Below, piece by piece: positions 39,239 through 40,742 of a DNA stretch of 40,742 nt. The notes beneath the pieces were generated by a model. That model saw only the letters and a program-made list of their open reading frames with translations, searched no databases and was not told the origin of the DNA. The stretch lies in sequence record SRR22947727_348. One strand, written 5' to 3'. A program made the translations under genes and the position numbers. Positions within the stretch are counted from its first letter, which is position 1. Each line of letters opens with the position of its first letter.

Positions 39239-40405
39239 ATGAAAATAGTTGTTGTAGGCTTGGGATATGTGGGGGTCGCCAATGCGGCCGTTCTGGCGCA
39301 ACATTGTAAGGTGATAGGCGTGGATGTTTCACCCCAGCGGGTGGCTCTTGTAAATGCCCGAAAATCTCCCATCGGGGATCACGACTTGCCCGATTTCCTT
39401 GCTACGGGCGATCTAAATCTAAGCGCGACAACAAATCTGCACGAGGCTCTACCTGGCAGTGATTATGTTATCATTGCAACCCCCACCAATTATGATGAGA
39501 AGCTGAATTTTTTCGACACGGGTTCCGTTGAAGACGTGGCTGCTGAATGCATGCAACACGCACCCGAGGCCTGCTTGGTGATAAAGTCAACAATACCAGT
39601 GGGCTTTGTGGATGGGTTGCGCAGCAAATTGCAGAACCAAAACATCTTTTTCTCACCAGAGTTTTTACGCGAAGGCTCTGCGTTATACGATAGCTTAAAC
39701 CCAAGCCGTATTATTGTGGGGGACCAGTCTGAAAAGGCAAAAATATTCGCAGGATTGCTCAAGTCGGCCGCACATTCAAAAGACCCAACCTTGCTGCTAA
39801 CGGGCACCCGCGAGGCGGAATCGATAAAGCTTTTTTCAAACACATATCTCGCAATGCGGGTGGCTTTTTTCAACGAATTAGACAGTTACGCGATGTCGTA
39901 CGGCTTAAACAGCCGGGAAATTATTGAAGGTGTCTCTTTTGATCCGCGGATCGGCGCACATTATAACAACCCCTCTTTCGGCTATGGTGGATACTGCTTA
40001 CCCAAGGACACAAGGCAATTGCTAGCAAATTACGACAGCGTTCCTCAGAACATGATCCGCGCAATTATAGATGCAAACACAACGCGTAAAGACTTTCTGG
40101 CCGAAGACATCTTAAAGCGGTCACCTCGCAACGTTGGAATTTTTCGCCTCACCATGAAATCGAACAGCGATAACTTTCGGCAATCATCAATACAGGGCAT
40201 TATGAAGCGACTTAAGGCCAAGGGAATTGAGGTTTTGGTATATGAGCCTGCATTAGGGGAAGACCAATTTTTTAACTCGCCAGTTTTACGTGACTTGGAG
40301 GCCTTCAAAGCGGCTTGCGACGTGATTTTAACAAACCGTATGTCGCCCGAACTCATGGATGTAATTGATAAAACCTATACGCGTGACTTGTTCGGAGAGA
40401 ATTGA
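39239..40405 (+). CDS. ugd: UDP-glucose 6-dehydrogenase
   Basis: [37 protein letters not shown] and SDNFR. Confidence 0.95.
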   Translation: MKIVVVGLGYVGVANAAVLAQHCKVIGVDVSPQRVALVNARKSPIGDHDLPDFLATGDLNLSATTNLHEALPGSDYVIIATPTNYDEKLNFFDTGSVEDVAAECMQHAPEACLVIKSTIPVGFVDGLRSKLQNQNIFFSPEFLREGSALYDSLNPSRIIVGDQSEKAKIFAGLLKSAAHSKDPTLLLTGTREAESIKLFSNTYLAMRVAFFNELDSYAMSYGLNSREIIEGVSFDPRIGAHYNNPSFGYGGYCLPKDTRQLLANYDSVPQNMIRAIIDANTTRKDFLAEDILKRSPRNVGIFRLTMKSNSDNFRQSSIQGIMKRLKAKGIEVLVYEPALGEDQFFNSPVLRDLEAFKAACDVILTNRMSPELMDVIDKTYTRDLFGEN

Positions 40406-40669
40406 GCTCACAATCAAAATTTTAATACCTGGTATTCGTGCCTCAAATCTTTTGAGAATAACGACCATGCTTTGAATGCGATCAAATTACTGGGCTATTC
40501 ATCAATATATGCTTCATAGAGATGCAGTTTTTGTTGGTACACAATGAAGTTATATGAAAACATCCCTGAAAAATTAATCCCATCAAATCAGCTTCTTAAA
40601 ATTATTTTTACAAAAAACGGCATATGCAAAGCGCATGCAAACATCTCTTAACATTCAGCACAACACCGC

Positions 40670-40698
40670 TTGCACATCTTTTCACCATTGTGTAACTG
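40670..40698 (+). promoter_or_regulatory. Putative sigma70 promoter of the tRNA
   Basis: TTGCAC-N17-TAACTG, ending 14 bp before the tRNA 5' end. Confidence 0.45.
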
Positions 40699-40712
40699 CT
40701 GGTGGTAACGAG

Positions 40713-40742
40713 GGCGGGTTGGTAGAGTGGTTATGCAGCGGA
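40713..40742 (+). tRNA. tRNA, probably tRNA-Cys (cut before the anticodon by the window end)
   Basis: GGCGGGT-TG-GTAGAGTGGTTATGC-A-GCGGA gives the acceptor strand, D arm and 5' anticodon stem typical of bacterial tRNA-Cys. The anticodon is not visible. Confidence 0.8.

Noticed and set aside
40544..40651. 35-aa ORF (MKLYENIPEK...) before the tRNA
   Set aside because: No RBS, and it lies in AT-rich promoter-proximal DNA.

Overview
This is a gene-dense, roughly 50% GC chromosomal segment of an alphaproteobacterium. Gene content and order point to a Rhodobacteraceae/Roseobacter-group organism (inference). In order, it holds: the end of a polar-amino-acid-type ABC permease and a gamma-glutamylation cluster (two GS-like ligases, a class I amidotransferase, a PuuB-like oxidase); the PHA cluster phaR-phaP-phaC/phaZ; rpoH-rluD; thyX/gloA; ldtR-like, sdhE, XRE and aspartate aminotransferase genes; a MATE pump; a 770-bp structured intergenic region; parE; a stand-alone BLUF protein; several enzymes; lolE/lolD; ygfZ; efp; an unannotated PopZ-like gene with tolC and pcm; a 6.5-kb accessory islet (panE-like, FAH hydrolase, CIA30, HDAC-family, PNPOx-like, short-type ugd); and the 5' part of a probable tRNA-Cys. 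I saw no CRISPR array, integrase, transposase or phage genes. The best leads are a cryptic PopZ-like protein, a four-hairpin candidate sRNA with a repeated CCGCCAU loop upstream of parE, a CCUCCC-loop element in the phaP 3' UTR, and tandem NrdR-type boxes at thyX. All calls come from reading the sequence by eye and from recalled family motifs; no searches were run.
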